From an uncultured Fibrobacteraceae bacterium (GTDB lineage: Bacteria > Krumholzibacteriota > Krumholzibacteriia > LZORAL124-64-63), in contig CAYLIV010000003.1 in the NCBI GenBank assembly GCA_964384055.1, positions 22,391 to 86,390 of the forward strand: DNA of 64,000 nt. Reading direction: 5' to 3'. Of the stretch, positions 9,511 to 20,252 are shown one piece after another. The first letter of the stretch is position 1; each line of letters begins with the position of its first letter. A model generated the notes under the pieces. The model was not told where the DNA came from. It ran no database searches and worked only from the letters and a program-made list of their open reading frames with translations. The position numbers and the translations under genes were made by a program.

Positions 9511-11937
9511 TTACCGGATGATGACCAGCTTGCCGAAGACCGGATCCTTCTCGCGCCCGGAGGTTTCCACCTTGTAGATGTAAACGCCGCCGGCCAGCAG
9601 TTCACCTTCGGAATTGCGCGCGATCCAGTATACGTTGCCGCGATCGTTGACCGCATCCGATTCCAGAGACGCCACCTCGTCACCGGCAACCGTGAAGATC
9701 TGGATCTTCGATTGCGGGGGGACGTTGGTGAACACTACCTGCTCGCCCTCGTACCCGGTAAAGCCGGCTCCCGAGCGCAGCGGATTGGGAAAGCAGTAGA
9801 TCTCGGATTGGGTACCGACGTCAGGCGCTTCCGTGTTGACGACGAACTCGTGCAGCGAACCCGGATATTCCGCGACGTGGAAGGTCGACGACGGATCATC
9901 CGGATAACGCTCCGAGAACAGTTGATCGCTGGACAGGTTGGCAACCAGCGTCAAGGCTGTGTTTCCGTAGTCGAAGGTCGTGACCGCATAGTTGTACCTG
10001 AAGCCGTTGAAGATGTTGTCGTCGAAGAAGCTGACCGTCTCCGAACTATCCTCCAGCGCTGCGCCCCGGAAGCAGAGCGCCCGCCGTTCACCGAAACAAC
10101 GCGGCCGGATGATGTAATTCTCGTCGCCGCAATAACCGCCTTCCTCGATGCAGGTCTCCGGATTCGTCTTGTCGTAGACACCGATCAGTTCCAGCGCGTA
10201 GGGATCGTCGACCTCGCTGCGCCAGACTGCCCAGCCCTGGAAGTCCTGTGCCTTGATCATGAACTCCGATCCGCCGGTCAGCGTACCGGGGCCGAAGGCG
10301 ATCGAGATGCCAAGCTGCATATTCCAGAACTCCTGGTTCTCGAGCGTCTGGGTGATGGTTTCACTCAGCAGAACCGGCGAGCCGATGGAATAGACGCCGC
10401 CGCCGACGGTTGCGTAGAGCAGATTGCCGGAACCGTCGTTGTTGATCTCGGCCGTCCGGGTCAGGGGATTACCGGGTTGTTTGGCGAGCTGTTCCCAGGT
10501 GGCGCCGCTGTCCTCGCTGAGCAACACGCCAAGACCGTCGGCTATCGCCAGGATCTGATCGGCCAGCGCGCCCTCCGTCGCGAACAAGATATCGCGCACG
10601 ACGTGACTCGCCGACACTTCCGGCGGCAACAAGCCCTCCTCATCCGCGACGCGGTCCCAGTTCACACCGCCGTCCGTCGTCCGCCACAGGCCGCGTTTGT
10701 CCGTCCCCACGATGATCGTGTCGCTGTCGTCCGGATCAACGAAAACCGAGCGACCGGTGTGCTTCCACTTGCCCGGGTCGGCCGGGTTGCCGACAACCCA
10801 GGTGTCGCCCGTCAACGAATGCCAGGAATCACCGCCGTCGGTTGTTTCGTAGAGCGCGTGGTCTTTCAGACCGACCAGTATGTGATCGGCAGATTCGACC
10901 TCGATACAGACGATATTGGGAAACTTGTTACCCAGAGCGAGATCGTCGAGATCGACCGGGACCTCGAGGTTCTCGACCCGATCGAAGGTCAGCCCGCCAT
11001 CGTCGGACACGAAGAGTCCGAAGGCCAGAATAGCCACGTAGAGTCGATCGGTTTCCCAGTTGACGGCGGTCACCTCGAAAAAGCCCGGCAGATCCTCGGG
11101 CGGCCAGTCCGGATCGAGATTGTCCATCCAGTGCAGGAAGGTATCGCCTCCGTCCTGAGTCGTGAACATGCCGTCTTCGGGCGTGCCGATGGCAAACCAG
11201 TCGCTCTGCTCCGGCGATATGTCGATGGACGAGATCAGAATGGCGTCGGTGAGATCAGCTTCGGCAATCCGGACCCAATCGCCATGGCCCTGTTCGTCGT
11301 CGCCGCGCGATTTCCACAGACCAACCGAGTCGTTCATCGGCTCGGCGCCCGCCGACACGCCGATCAACCAGAAGTTCGAATCGGCGGCGCTCTGCGCGAA
11401 GGTGGTGATATTGGCTCGCGGCATGCTGACCGGCAAGCCCTGGTTGTGTCGCTGCCAGGTGTCGGCGGCAGCATCGTACTCCCAGAGACCGCCGCTGTTG
11501 CTGAGATTGATGTCGCCAAAAACATTACCGCTGATGGTACTACCGACATTCTCCCAGTGGAAGGGCAGCCAGTTGGTGGTTTCCGTACCTACCTCGCCGC
11601 CGTTCTGGAGATAAAACTGCAGCTCACGGTCCACATCGCTGGAATAATGACCGCTCACCCTGACCTCGACACCCATACCGGCGGTATCGGTGACAACCAC
11701 ACAGGTGGCAACCGAGTCGGGCAGATCCGCCCAGGAGATCAGGGCGCCGAGTCGATCACCCGCGTAATCGATCTCGACCGAAACACTGCTGGGATCCGGG
11801 GAAACCAGTACCAGGGAATCGCTGATGCAACACTCGTAATCCGTGACCTGGCCCAGCGCGCTCTGCTTGCACCACGAAACCGCCACCAGACAAATCACCA
11901 CGACCAGCAAGAGTCGAATCCCGTTCCCTGCTTTCAT
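9511..11937 (-). CDS. Secreted BNR/Asp-box repeat protein with a T9SS-type C-terminal domain.
   Basis: Asp-box motifs are TTDGGDSWHSL, TTDGGVNWDRV and SEDSGATWEQL. The C-terminus ...GGVYIYKVETSGREKDPVFGKLVIIR has a T9SS CTD-like ending. The start is reassigned to ATG 11937 (MKAGNGIRLLLVVVICLVAVSWC signal peptide), with an AAGGAAGG Shine-Dalgarno about 10 nt upstream. The track start 12054 is an N-terminal extension. Confidence 0.6.
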   Translation of the reverse strand: MKAGNGIRLLLVVVICLVAVSWCKQSALGQVTDYECCISDSLVLVSPDPSSVSVEIDYAGDRLGALISWADLPDSVATCVVVTDTAGMGVEVRVSGHYSSDVDRELQFYLQNGGEVGTETTNWLPFHWENVGSTISGNVFGDINLSNSGGLWEYDAAADTWQRHNQGLPVSMPRANITTFAQSAADSNFWLIGVSAGAEPMNDSVGLWKSRGDDEQGHGDWVRIAEADLTDAILISSIDISPEQSDWFAIGTPEDGMFTTQDGGDTFLHWMDNLDPDWPPEDLPGFFEVTAVNWETDRLYVAILAFGLFVSDDGGLTFDRVENLEVPVDLDDLALGNKFPNIVCIEVESADHILVGLKDHALYETTDGGDSWHSLTGDTWVVGNPADPGKWKHTGRSVFVDPDDSDTIIVGTDKRGLWRTTDGGVNWDRVADEEGLLPPEVSASHVVRDILFATEGALADQILAIADGLGVLLSEDSGATWEQLAKQPGNPLTRTAEINNDGSGNLLYATVGGGVYSIGSPVLLSETITQTLENQEFWNMQLGISIAFGPGTLTGGSEFMIKAQDFQGWAVWRSEVDDPYALELIGVYDKTNPETCIEEGGYCGDENYIIRPRCFGERRALCFRGAALEDSSETVSFFDDNIFNGFRYNYAVTTFDYGNTALTLVANLSSDQLFSERYPDDPSSTFHVAEYPGSLHEFVVNTEAPDVGTQSEIYCFPNPLRSGAGFTGYEGEQVVFTNVPPQSKIQIFTVAGDEVASLESDAVNDRGNVYWIARNSEGELLAGGVYIYKVETSGREKDPVFGKLVIIR

Positions 11938-12046
11938 TCTCAGCGCCTTCCTTTGCGGTCCACCGCTCACTCGCCTGAATAACTTTCGACCGGGGTCAGG
12001 ATCGGCAAAGCGGGTACACCTGATCCCGGTCGAGTACGGAGTCTCA

Positions 12047-14539
12047 TCAATCAATGATCAAACCGAAGTGCTCGCCGAGCACCCAGTGTATCGCCTCGGT
12101 GATCTGGTCCACATCGTAGCGATACGGATCGAAGCCCCAGATCACGTCACCGCGGTTACTCGGTTTGAGGAATTTGTTCTTGTTGGTGACGAAGCCACAG
12201 GTTCGCCCCTGGGTTCGCGCCGACAGGAAGTCACTCTGCAGCGACAGGTTACCGCAAAGGGCTTTCAGGGCATCCTGACCGTACGAGCCCGCCGGCCACA
12301 GCGTGTCACCCGCGGCGACGAACTGATCGCGGATCCAGTCGTACCGGGCATAAACCTCGAACATCGGGTCGAGACACAAGATCTGTGCGTTGTTGCCGTC
12401 GTCGCACATCTGGGGCGACACCGACGCCGGTCGGTTCGCGATGTTGGAATCGTAGATCTCGGTGTCGCCGAACGACCACGGGTTCGAAAGATTCCCGTAG
12501 TAGTCCTCGTCGTCATCCCTCCAGTCGATCGTCCTGTTGGTCGCGATGAGATCGTCGATACCGCCGTCGGGAAGGTAATTGGATCGGAAGTCCTGGTTGA
12601 GCGTCAAACCCTTGGCGCCCACACACTGCGGCTGGCGATCATCGGTCCCGGGCAGGGGACTGCCGTAGATATGGTAGCGAGGAGACACCCAGTCGAGAAT
12701 CGAGACACCGATCACCTGGTACGGATACCGGGTCAACCCCATCCGTTGCTCGGAGCCATCGGGCAGCTCGCAATCACCGAAACCGATGATGAACGGCTGG
12801 TCATTGACCAGTAGATACTCATCGCGCGTGTCGAAGATCATCGGCGCCATGTACGAGGCATTCTCGCCGACGAAGTTGTTCAAGGCGCGCGAAGACGCGA
12901 GCAGGAGATTACCGGCGCGTTGCTGGTAGGTGACCAGCCAGTTCAGCTGATCGCAGGTACACCCCTGAATGCTGGCGCAGACCGGTCGGAAGGCCTCCGA
13001 AATGTGGCACAGTCCCGATGTGGTGTACTTCGATATCCAGACCAGGCTCCGGTAGTTGACGACGTCGCGATACTCGATCCGAGTCTCTTCGGTGTCGATC
13101 ACGTGCTGGTTCACGAACCAGCCGACGACCGGATCGAGTACCTCGGTCCAGAAATCGTCACGGTGGTGGTCACGGTCCAGCGGTTCGCCGTCGTTCTCTC
13201 GTGGCCACCGGTTCGATTCTCGATCGTACACATCGTCGATCAGCAGCAGCGGGAGCTGTTCGTCGAGCGGCGGAATAGGCACCACATCGAGCAGTGCCTT
13301 GAAACGGGTTACCAGGCCCGAGTTGTCGACGCACTGGACAGTCAGCGAGTGCAGGCCGCTCTCGAACGAGACGACCTCGGTCCGCAGGTTATCGGGCCCC
13401 AGCCCGGGCTCCGGACCCCAGTTGGGGTCGCCGTCGTCAGTGGGATCGGTGACATCCCAGCCGTATCGATACGAGACGATTTCGCCCGCGTAACCGTCGG
13501 CCGATCCGGTCCAGCTGAACTGCAGTTCCTGACCCGCCGCTATCTCGTAACTTTCCGTGGAATTGGTGAAATACACAACGGTCTGGCCGAGGAAGGGCTC
13601 GTATACCTCGAGGCGCGGCGCCAGATTCTGCACGATCTTGACGTTCATCACATTGACACCGTACGACCGGTCGATACTCACCGCGCCGGCGGTGTCCCTG
13701 GCCTGAATGGCGAAGAACCAGCGCTTGTCCACGTCCGTCGGCTGATCGGGAAAATTCACCCGTCGGTCGATGGCGTCAGGCTCGTATTCGATCCACGCAC
13801 TCCATAGCGAGTCGGCGAAATCGACGAGCGAATCCAGGTTCGTATTGAAGGTCAACTCGTCGTTGATATAACCCTCTCCCTCGGTCCAGGCTTCCTTCCA
13901 CAGGAAACGGACGTGCGTCGGAATGCCGAGGTCGAAATCGGGGTCCTCGCCTTCGAAGCCGAAGGTAACCGAAGGCGGCAGACCCCCGGCTTCCGACTGC
14001 GCGATCAGCGACGCGGGTACCGTGACCCGGATACGGGGCAGGACCGTGGTCGCCGTGAAGCTGATGAAGGCAGGTGTGGCGTCCACGCCCTCCTCGTCGT
14101 CCACTGCGCGGATGAACAAGGTGTGCACCTGAAAGCTGCGTTCGCCACCTTCGGGATCGCCCGGGAAACCGCCAATGTCCGCCGTGACCAGGAACGTGGT
14201 GTCGGTGGCGGTGGTGAAATGCCAGGGGTTGATCGTGTCACCGGTGACGGGATCGAAGGTCAGGGTATCGGCGACATCGATGCCGTCGAGGCCGTTGTTA
14301 CTGATCTTCCACTGGAAGCCAGCGATGCGACCGTCCGGGTCATATCCGGTCCAGAAGAAATCGATGGCGAAACCCGATTCGAGCAGATTGGGCGGAGTAC
14401 CGGAGATCTCCGTCTGCGGCAAGGCGTTGGGTATCGCCACACCTGCGATATCGGTTTCGGGCATGCAACCGCTCAGCCAAACGGCGAGGGCCGATCCCAG
14501 CAGAACCGCCAGTACCACGAGATTACGTCGCGAAAACAC
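12047..14539 (-). CDS. Large lipoprotein of an unrecognised family (830 aa), paralogous to 14608..16947.
   Basis: GTG start with an AGGAGG Shine-Dalgarno 8 nt upstream. Lipobox ...LAVWLSGC. It shares motifs with the neighbour (PPxT.I.G...FxWxGxDxDG...FxW; HTLFIRAVDDEEGVDATPA vs HMVAVDDRGDFDRTPA). Confidence 0.5.
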   Translation of the reverse strand: MFSRRNLVVLAVLLGSALAVWLSGCMPETDIAGVAIPNALPQTEISGTPPNLLESGFAIDFFWTGYDPDGRIAGFQWKISNNGLDGIDVADTLTFDPVTGDTINPWHFTTATDTTFLVTADIGGFPGDPEGGERSFQVHTLFIRAVDDEEGVDATPAFISFTATTVLPRIRVTVPASLIAQSEAGGLPPSVTFGFEGEDPDFDLGIPTHVRFLWKEAWTEGEGYINDELTFNTNLDSLVDFADSLWSAWIEYEPDAIDRRVNFPDQPTDVDKRWFFAIQARDTAGAVSIDRSYGVNVMNVKIVQNLAPRLEVYEPFLGQTVVYFTNSTESYEIAAGQELQFSWTGSADGYAGEIVSYRYGWDVTDPTDDGDPNWGPEPGLGPDNLRTEVVSFESGLHSLTVQCVDNSGLVTRFKALLDVVPIPPLDEQLPLLLIDDVYDRESNRWPRENDGEPLDRDHHRDDFWTEVLDPVVGWFVNQHVIDTEETRIEYRDVVNYRSLVWISKYTTSGLCHISEAFRPVCASIQGCTCDQLNWLVTYQQRAGNLLLASSRALNNFVGENASYMAPMIFDTRDEYLLVNDQPFIIGFGDCELPDGSEQRMGLTRYPYQVIGVSILDWVSPRYHIYGSPLPGTDDRQPQCVGAKGLTLNQDFRSNYLPDGGIDDLIATNRTIDWRDDDEDYYGNLSNPWSFGDTEIYDSNIANRPASVSPQMCDDGNNAQILCLDPMFEVYARYDWIRDQFVAAGDTLWPAGSYGQDALKALCGNLSLQSDFLSARTQGRTCGFVTNKNKFLKPSNRGDVIWGFDPYRYDVDQITEAIHWVLGEHFGLIID

Positions 14540-14607
14540 CGTTCATTCCTCCTGTGCCCCGAAGGGCAACCGCCCGGACGCTCGCGCCGGACGAAACTCG
14601 TGTTCGG

Positions 14608-16947
14608 CTAGGGGTGTGGCCCTGCTACGAAAAGGTCTCCGTCGTCTCCTGTTTCGAGTACGAACTGGAATCGCTTCGTCACGATCTCGCTGAATTTCGC
14701 GAAGTGGACGAGATCGACACCGCTCTCCACGTCGTCATACTGTCCGGGGTCGCTCGCCCAACCGTGGTCCTCAGGCGTCCGCAAGTTTCGGTAGAGATAG
14801 TAGGTCGTCCGGTCGGAATAGTGCTGCGTGCTCACCGCATCGGTTGCTTGTACCTGTATCGAACCCCCACCCCACTGCAGAGTCGACAGTTCCCAGAGTT
14901 GCTCGGCTTGATCGGGGTACAGCAACAGGAGCAATCCCCAGTAGTCATCCGGTCCGCTATCCACCAGCACCTGCGGCGCCCAGGTCCGCATGCGGAAATA
15001 CCAGATGCCGTCACTATCCAGGAAAATATCGTTGAGCGCCGGATTGTCGTAGGCTCGTTCTTCGGTGAGCGCCGTGATGTCGTCGACCCCGGCGCCATCG
15101 TCGATGACGTTGTCCAGGTCGAGATCCGTTTCGCGGTCGTAGTCCACCTGATAGCGCCAGGCCATGACCCGTTCGAGATCCTCACCCGTGTCTTCACGCG
15201 GGTCGTCGCTGCCGTGCAGCGCAATCCGGTAGGTCCAGACGTAGCAGGGAATGATCCGGAAGCCTTCCGTGTTCGTCGGCGTCTCGAGGGTAATGGCCAA
15301 GGTGTTTGGATTGACCCAGAGCAGACCCGTCGGCGATTCGTTCGACATGTAGTGCCGGTCCGGATCGGGTGGACGGGTGCCGTGCCACATGGCGTACATC
15401 TCGGAGGTCGAGTCGAGGCAATCCTGATCGTAGCACGGCGGTTCGTCGACGTCCCAGACCGTATCGTCGCTTTCGTTCAGATACTCGACGCACTGGACAC
15501 AGGGCGGATAGTTCGCCGTGAACCAGAATGACGGCGGGTTACCGTCACGTCGTTCGTGTTCGTCGATGGCACGCATGGAGAACTCGTAGTTCACCGGACC
15601 GACCATGAAAGACAGTGTATCTCCGGACAGTTCGCCCCATTCGGTCGCCGCCCAGGCGGAATCGAGATGTGCTTCGCTGGCGGCCGAAGAGAAGTGGTAA
15701 TCGATCGTACCGTCCCAGAAGCCGTTGGCTTCGAACAGTCCCTGGAACTGGACGCCGTAGCCATTGAGGCCGGTTGGCAGATCGAGGGGATTATCCCGCC
15801 CTATCGCCTTGAAGTACACGGTGGCGAAGTTGGGTACCGTGTCGCCCGGCTCGAAGGTGAAGCGAGGTTGATCGCCGTTTATGTCCGGTCCGAATTCACC
15901 GTGCCAGACCACGTAGTACGGATACTCCTGATCATCCACGTGCGCCGGATCGACACCCACCGGATTCCAGCTCTCGCCAATCAGCAGGCCGGTCGAAGGC
16001 GCCAGGTTGACGTTCACGTTCAGCGTCCGGAATCGGGGATCGACCTCGACACCGGCGACATCGATGGCATTGACCAGCAACTCCACCACGCCGCTGGGCA
16101 GCACCTTGCCCCGGAAACCGGGACCGGAACCGTCGTTCAGGAAGGTGATTCCGTATTCGGGGCCGAAGAAACTGAAGCTGTCGCCCACAGCCTGGTCGAA
16201 TTGTTTGGGATTCCAGCAGTCCTCGCCACCACCGCACTCGTCGCCCGCGATCTGCCACTTGAAGCCGAGAATACCGTCGTCGAATGGTGCGACCGGTACG
16301 GTCTGGGCGCGTTCGAGCGTCTCGAGCATGGCGGGAGTGAACGATCGCGTATTGGGTGTTTCGGCTTCCCAGGTCAACGCCAGACGAGCACCGTAGGGAA
16401 CCGTATCCTCGTCGGCGAAGGTCGTCTTGGTGCCGTTGGTGTCGACTTCGAAAAACGCGATCGCCGGCTGGCCGAGGGCATTGCTGTAGAAATGCAGACG
16501 CGCGGGCGTCCGGTCGAAGTCGCCGCGATCGTCGACGGCCACCATGTGCAGCGTCATGTGGTGACTGGCCGAAGATCCCTGATTGAGCTGGAAATCGAAT
16601 ATCGTATCGGTGCGCGTCGTATAGAATCCGTTGTCCAGCGTGCTGATGTCCACCGCCGGATTGAAATTGAGATCCTCCTCGTCGTCATCAGTCTCGAGAT
16701 CCTGGATCGAGGTGTCGGACAGCGCCCACACGAAACGATCGACATCACCATCCCGGTCCGTGCCGTACCAGTAGACATGGAAATGGAAATAGGCTCCCGA
16801 GGTTTCGGCAGGACAGCCGATGATGTACGTCTCCGGCGGACTGTTGACGATCACCACCTCGGGTTGGAAAGCACGGCATCCAAAGAGCACGGTAACGGCG
16901 AGTAACAGCAGGAAAACGCTCACTGCGGTGTGTTGACGACTCCACAT
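14608..16947 (-). CDS. Large lipoprotein of an unrecognised family (779 aa), paralogous to 12047..14539.
   Basis: ATG start. Signal peptide plus lipobox MWSRQHTAVSVFLLLLAVTVLFGC. It has paralogous motifs (see the neighbour). It is D/E-rich and has no recognisable catalytic motif. Confidence 0.5.
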   Translation of the reverse strand: MWSRQHTAVSVFLLLLAVTVLFGCRAFQPEVVIVNSPPETYIIGCPAETSGAYFHFHVYWYGTDRDGDVDRFVWALSDTSIQDLETDDDEEDLNFNPAVDISTLDNGFYTTRTDTIFDFQLNQGSSASHHMTLHMVAVDDRGDFDRTPARLHFYSNALGQPAIAFFEVDTNGTKTTFADEDTVPYGARLALTWEAETPNTRSFTPAMLETLERAQTVPVAPFDDGILGFKWQIAGDECGGGEDCWNPKQFDQAVGDSFSFFGPEYGITFLNDGSGPGFRGKVLPSGVVELLVNAIDVAGVEVDPRFRTLNVNVNLAPSTGLLIGESWNPVGVDPAHVDDQEYPYYVVWHGEFGPDINGDQPRFTFEPGDTVPNFATVYFKAIGRDNPLDLPTGLNGYGVQFQGLFEANGFWDGTIDYHFSSAASEAHLDSAWAATEWGELSGDTLSFMVGPVNYEFSMRAIDEHERRDGNPPSFWFTANYPPCVQCVEYLNESDDTVWDVDEPPCYDQDCLDSTSEMYAMWHGTRPPDPDRHYMSNESPTGLLWVNPNTLAITLETPTNTEGFRIIPCYVWTYRIALHGSDDPREDTGEDLERVMAWRYQVDYDRETDLDLDNVIDDGAGVDDITALTEERAYDNPALNDIFLDSDGIWYFRMRTWAPQVLVDSGPDDYWGLLLLLYPDQAEQLWELSTLQWGGGSIQVQATDAVSTQHYSDRTTYYLYRNLRTPEDHGWASDPGQYDDVESGVDLVHFAKFSEIVTKRFQFVLETGDDGDLFVAGPHP

Positions 16948-17079
16948 ACTGGCCTACGCCCCCTCAAGCAAATGCTCGAACGTGATTATTCCACTCAGCC
17001 GCTCCGGCGGGAAGGTCGGCTGCATCCGGACAAAAGTCATTATCGCCAACAGTTTGGCGCCCAACTCTGATGCCCTTGA

Positions 17080-17109
17080 AATATAGGGATTACGTGAGCT
17101 TAGTGTCAA
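17080..17109 (-). promoter_or_regulatory. Sigma-70-type promoter (TTGACA-N18-TATATT) for the lipoprotein operon.
   Basis: Read on the minus strand, TTGACA lies at 17109..17104, followed by an 18-nt spacer and TATATT at 17085..17080. This is about 130 nt upstream of ATG 16947, in the glyS/lipoprotein intergenic region. Confidence 0.4.
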
Positions 17110-17172
17110 CTTTTACCTTGTGTCCGAAACACCGCCCGCACGGCCACGATTCCACCGTCGAGACACCCGGGT

Positions 17173-19371
17173 TCACCGATCCAAAGGTGCCACCTCGGAA
17201 AACTCGGCGTAGCGGGCAAAAAGTGCGTGAATTTCCCTCAGAAACCCGTGTCGAACGCGCTTCAGATCCGGCTCCCGTACATTGACGCGCACCGTGTCGA
17301 AAAAGACGTCGATGGCGGGGCCGAATCCCGAAAGATGCTGGAAAACCGTGTCGTAGGCGCCGGCGGATTCGGCCTCGCGCAGCGCGGGCACGGCGGCGGC
17401 GATCTCCGTCAACAGGGTTCTTTCTGCGTCTTCGGTCAAATCGGCAAAGGTCTCGCCACGGGCACCGCTACCGCCGGCCAGCCAGCGCTCGAGGCTCGCG
17501 GCACGTTCGTCCGGAGCGATGAGTTCACCCTCGAGTATATTCTTGCAGCGTTTGAAGCCCGTCGCCAGGAGTAGAAAATCTTCGCGTTCCCGGAAGACCT
17601 CCAGCGCCTCGATCCAGGCCACCGCGTCGGTGGGATCGTTGCCGTGCGCCGGCAGTATGGCGCGCACGACCTCGGGCGTACAGTCGCGTACATCGGTCAG
17701 CAATCCGGCCAGGCGCGTCTGGATGAACGCCGCGAGTTCGTCGGCCGCAGCCTCCGGATCCCGATCACCACGCACCGCGTCGAATCCTGCCAGCGCCACG
17801 GTGAGCAGATCCCGCAGATCGATCCTGGCTTCGAGATCGAGCAGCATGCGGAGCAGGGCCAGGCTGTGACGACGCAAGGCGTACGGATCCTTGGCGCCGG
17901 TAGGCACGAAACCAGCCAGCCAGCAACCGGTGAGAGTATCGAGGCGGTCGGCCACCGACAGCACGCTGCTGATGCGGTCGCCGGGCAACGGACCGCCGGC
18001 CGACTTGGGATAGTAGTAACGTTCCAGGGCGCGGCACACCTCAGGGCTTTCGCCCGCTTGTGCGGCATACCGGGCGCCGATCAACCCTTCCAGTTTGGTG
18101 AATTCCTTGCCGTCCTTGATCATCTCGCTGACCTGGTCGCTCTTGCAGATGGCGGCTGCGCGCACGAGGGCGGCGGGCGGCGGAGTTCCGTCACCCAGGC
18201 CTCGCTCCCACAACACGCCGACCAGTTTCTGTAGCCGCCGGGTCTTGTCGAGCACCGATCCGAAGCCGTCGATCCAGGTTACCGTGGCCAGCTCGGCGGT
18301 GTGTTCGTCCGAATTCTTCTTCTGATCGAAGTGCCAGTAGAACAGTGCGTCGGCGAGGCGGGCACGCAGGACGCGCTGGTTACCGTCGACGACACGATCG
18401 AGTGCGTGGTCGCCGCCGTCGCGCACGGAGATGAAATACGGCAACAGTCCCGAACCGTCGCCGTGCCCGACCGCGAAGTAGCGCTGGTGCGCCTTGAGGG
18501 CGGTCACGATGACCTCGTCGGGCAGCGCGAAATATTCTTCCTCGAAGAGACCGACAAAGGGCGTCGGGTATTCGCACAAGAACACGATCTCCGTGAGGAG
18601 TTCCTCGTCACGCAACCAGGTGCCGGTCACGGGCAGGTCGGCCATCGCCCGTTCGACGCCGGCGACGATCAACTCGCGCCGTTCCTCGTGATCGACGATG
18701 ACCGACAGCTCCCGCAGGGTAGCGACGTACGCCTCCGGCCGCGGAATCTCGCGCTGCCGATCCTCGGCCAGGGTGCGGTGACCGCGCGTGGTGCGTCCAG
18801 CCGCCAGGCCGGCCGTTTCGAATGCGATGACCTCTTCGCCGAGCAGCGCCACCAGCCATTGCAGCGGCCGGGCGTACTCGAAGTCGCCGGCGCCCCAGCG
18901 CATGACCTTGCGGAAGGAAATCGCGCTGATGATTGTCGGTAGCTGTTCCGCCAGCACCTCGGCCGCCGAGCGGCCGGTCACTGTCTTGCGGACCAGCAGG
19001 TATTCGCCGCGCGCGTCGCTGACGCGTCCGCAATCGGCGATCTCCACGCCATGCTTGCGCACGAAGCCCAGCGCCGCCTGGGTGGGATTGCCCTGATCAT
19101 CGAAGGCCGCCGCCACCGGGGGCCCCTTGACTGCCAGCTCACGGTCCGGCTGCTTCGCCACCAGGTCCTGCACGAGCACCGCCAGGCGCCGCGGCGTGGC
19201 CAGGGTGCGTAGCGAGCCGTAGGCCAGGCCGGATTCGCTCAGCATGGCCTCCAGGCGCTGCGCCAGATCGCGAAGCGTGTCGGGTACGAAACGAGCCGGT
19301 ATTTCCTCGCTGCCGATCTCCAGCAGAAACGGCAACTCACTGTTCGCGAGATCGCTGTCCGATCGATTCAT
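17173..19371 (-). CDS. glyS: Glycine--tRNA ligase beta subunit.
   Basis: The N-terminus ...[18 protein letters not shown] is the GlyS signature. The gene is 732 aa. It overlaps glyQ by 4 nt. Confidence 0.92.
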   Translation of the reverse strand: MNRSDSDLANSELPFLLEIGSEEIPARFVPDTLRDLAQRLEAMLSESGLAYGSLRTLATPRRLAVLVQDLVAKQPDRELAVKGPPVAAAFDDQGNPTQAALGFVRKHGVEIADCGRVSDARGEYLLVRKTVTGRSAAEVLAEQLPTIISAISFRKVMRWGAGDFEYARPLQWLVALLGEEVIAFETAGLAAGRTTRGHRTLAEDRQREIPRPEAYVATLRELSVIVDHEERRELIVAGVERAMADLPVTGTWLRDEELLTEIVFLCEYPTPFVGLFEEEYFALPDEVIVTALKAHQRYFAVGHGDGSGLLPYFISVRDGGDHALDRVVDGNQRVLRARLADALFYWHFDQKKNSDEHTAELATVTWIDGFGSVLDKTRRLQKLVGVLWERGLGDGTPPPAALVRAAAICKSDQVSEMIKDGKEFTKLEGLIGARYAAQAGESPEVCRALERYYYPKSAGGPLPGDRISSVLSVADRLDTLTGCWLAGFVPTGAKDPYALRRHSLALLRMLLDLEARIDLRDLLTVALAGFDAVRGDRDPEAAADELAAFIQTRLAGLLTDVRDCTPEVVRAILPAHGNDPTDAVAWIEALEVFREREDFLLLATGFKRCKNILEGELIAPDERAASLERWLAGGSGARGETFADLTEDAERTLLTEIAAAVPALREAESAGAYDTVFQHLSGFGPAIDVFFDTVRVNVREPDLKRVRHGFLREIHALFARYAEFSEVAPLDR

Positions 19372-20252
19372 GCTTTCCCCTCCGCCTCGAGCAGGGGAAA
19401 CCCCAGCTTCTCACGGCTCTCGACATAGGCCTTGGCGGCGCGGCGGGCCAGGTTGCGCACCCTGGTGATGTAACCGGTGCGTTCGGTAACCGAGATCGCT
19501 CCTCGCGCTTCGAGTACGTTGAAGATGTGGCTGCACTTGATCACCGAGTCGTAGCCGGGATAGACGAGCCCGGCGTCGAGCAACGCGGCCGCTTCGTTTT
19601 CGCGGTCGCTGAAATGCCGCCGGTAGGTCGCCACGTCCGCCAGCTCGAAGTTGAACGCGGAGTACTCGCGCTCGTACTGGCCCATGACCTCACCCCAGCT
19701 CAAGCCACCGCCCCAGACGAGGTCCTTGACGTGATCGACCCCCTGCATGAACATGCAGATCCGCAGCAAACCGTAGGTCAGCTCGACCGAAACCGGCTGG
19801 CAGCGCACGCCGCCAACCTGCTGAAAATACGTGAACTGCGATATTTCCATACCGTCGAGCCACACTTCCCAGCCCAGACCGGCGGCGCCGAGAGTCGGCG
19901 ATTCCCAGTCGTCCTCGACAAAGCGAATGTCGTGCTCCCGCGGTTCGATGCCGATACTGCGCAGGGATTCGAGATACAACTCCTGGCTGTTGTTCGGGTT
20001 CGGCTTGAGAATCACCTGGTACTGCAGGAACTGGTGCACACGGTTGGGATTCTCGCCGTACCGTCCGTCCTTCGGCCGCTTGCTCGGTTCGACGTACGCG
20101 ACCCGCCACGGCTCGGGTCCGAGCGCCCGCAGGAAAGTATTCGGATTGAAGGTGCCGGCGCCGACCTCGGAGTTGTACGGCTGCACGATCACGCAACCAT
20201 AATCGCTCCAGAACTGCTGCAGCCCGGCGATCATGTCCTGGTAGTCCATCAT
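19368..20252 (-). CDS. glyQ: Glycine--tRNA ligase alpha subunit.
   Basis: [49 protein letters not shown] is a highly conserved GlyQ N-terminus. The gene is 294 aa. Confidence 0.95.
   Translation of the reverse strand: MMDYQDMIAGLQQFWSDYGCVIVQPYNSEVGAGTFNPNTFLRALGPEPWRVAYVEPSKRPKDGRYGENPNRVHQFLQYQVILKPNPNNSQELYLESLRSIGIEPREHDIRFVEDDWESPTLGAAGLGWEVWLDGMEISQFTYFQQVGGVRCQPVSVELTYGLLRICMFMQGVDHVKDLVWGGGLSWGEVMGQYEREYSAFNFELADVATYRRHFSDRENEAAALLDAGLVYPGYDSVIKCSHIFNVLEARGAISVTERTGYITRVRNLARRAAKAYVESREKLGFPLLEAEGKA

Noticed and set aside
9481-11982. 833-aa plus-strand ORF
   Set aside because: It is an antisense shadow of the BNR-repeat gene. Its composition is R/D/G/V-rich and it has no motifs, whereas the minus frame carries a signal peptide, Asp-boxes and the C-terminal domain.
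11938-12054. Track N-terminal extensions (BNR gene 11938-12054, hisS 31563-31616, response regulator 54337-54444, amidase 35002-35079, M23 36074-36106, aromatic-rich gene 47113-47151)
   Set aside because: The extensions start at GTG/TTG with no Shine-Dalgarno, and some contain a terminator or overlap a neighbour. Internal ATG or GTG starts with good Shine-Dalgarno motifs and canonical N-termini are preferred.
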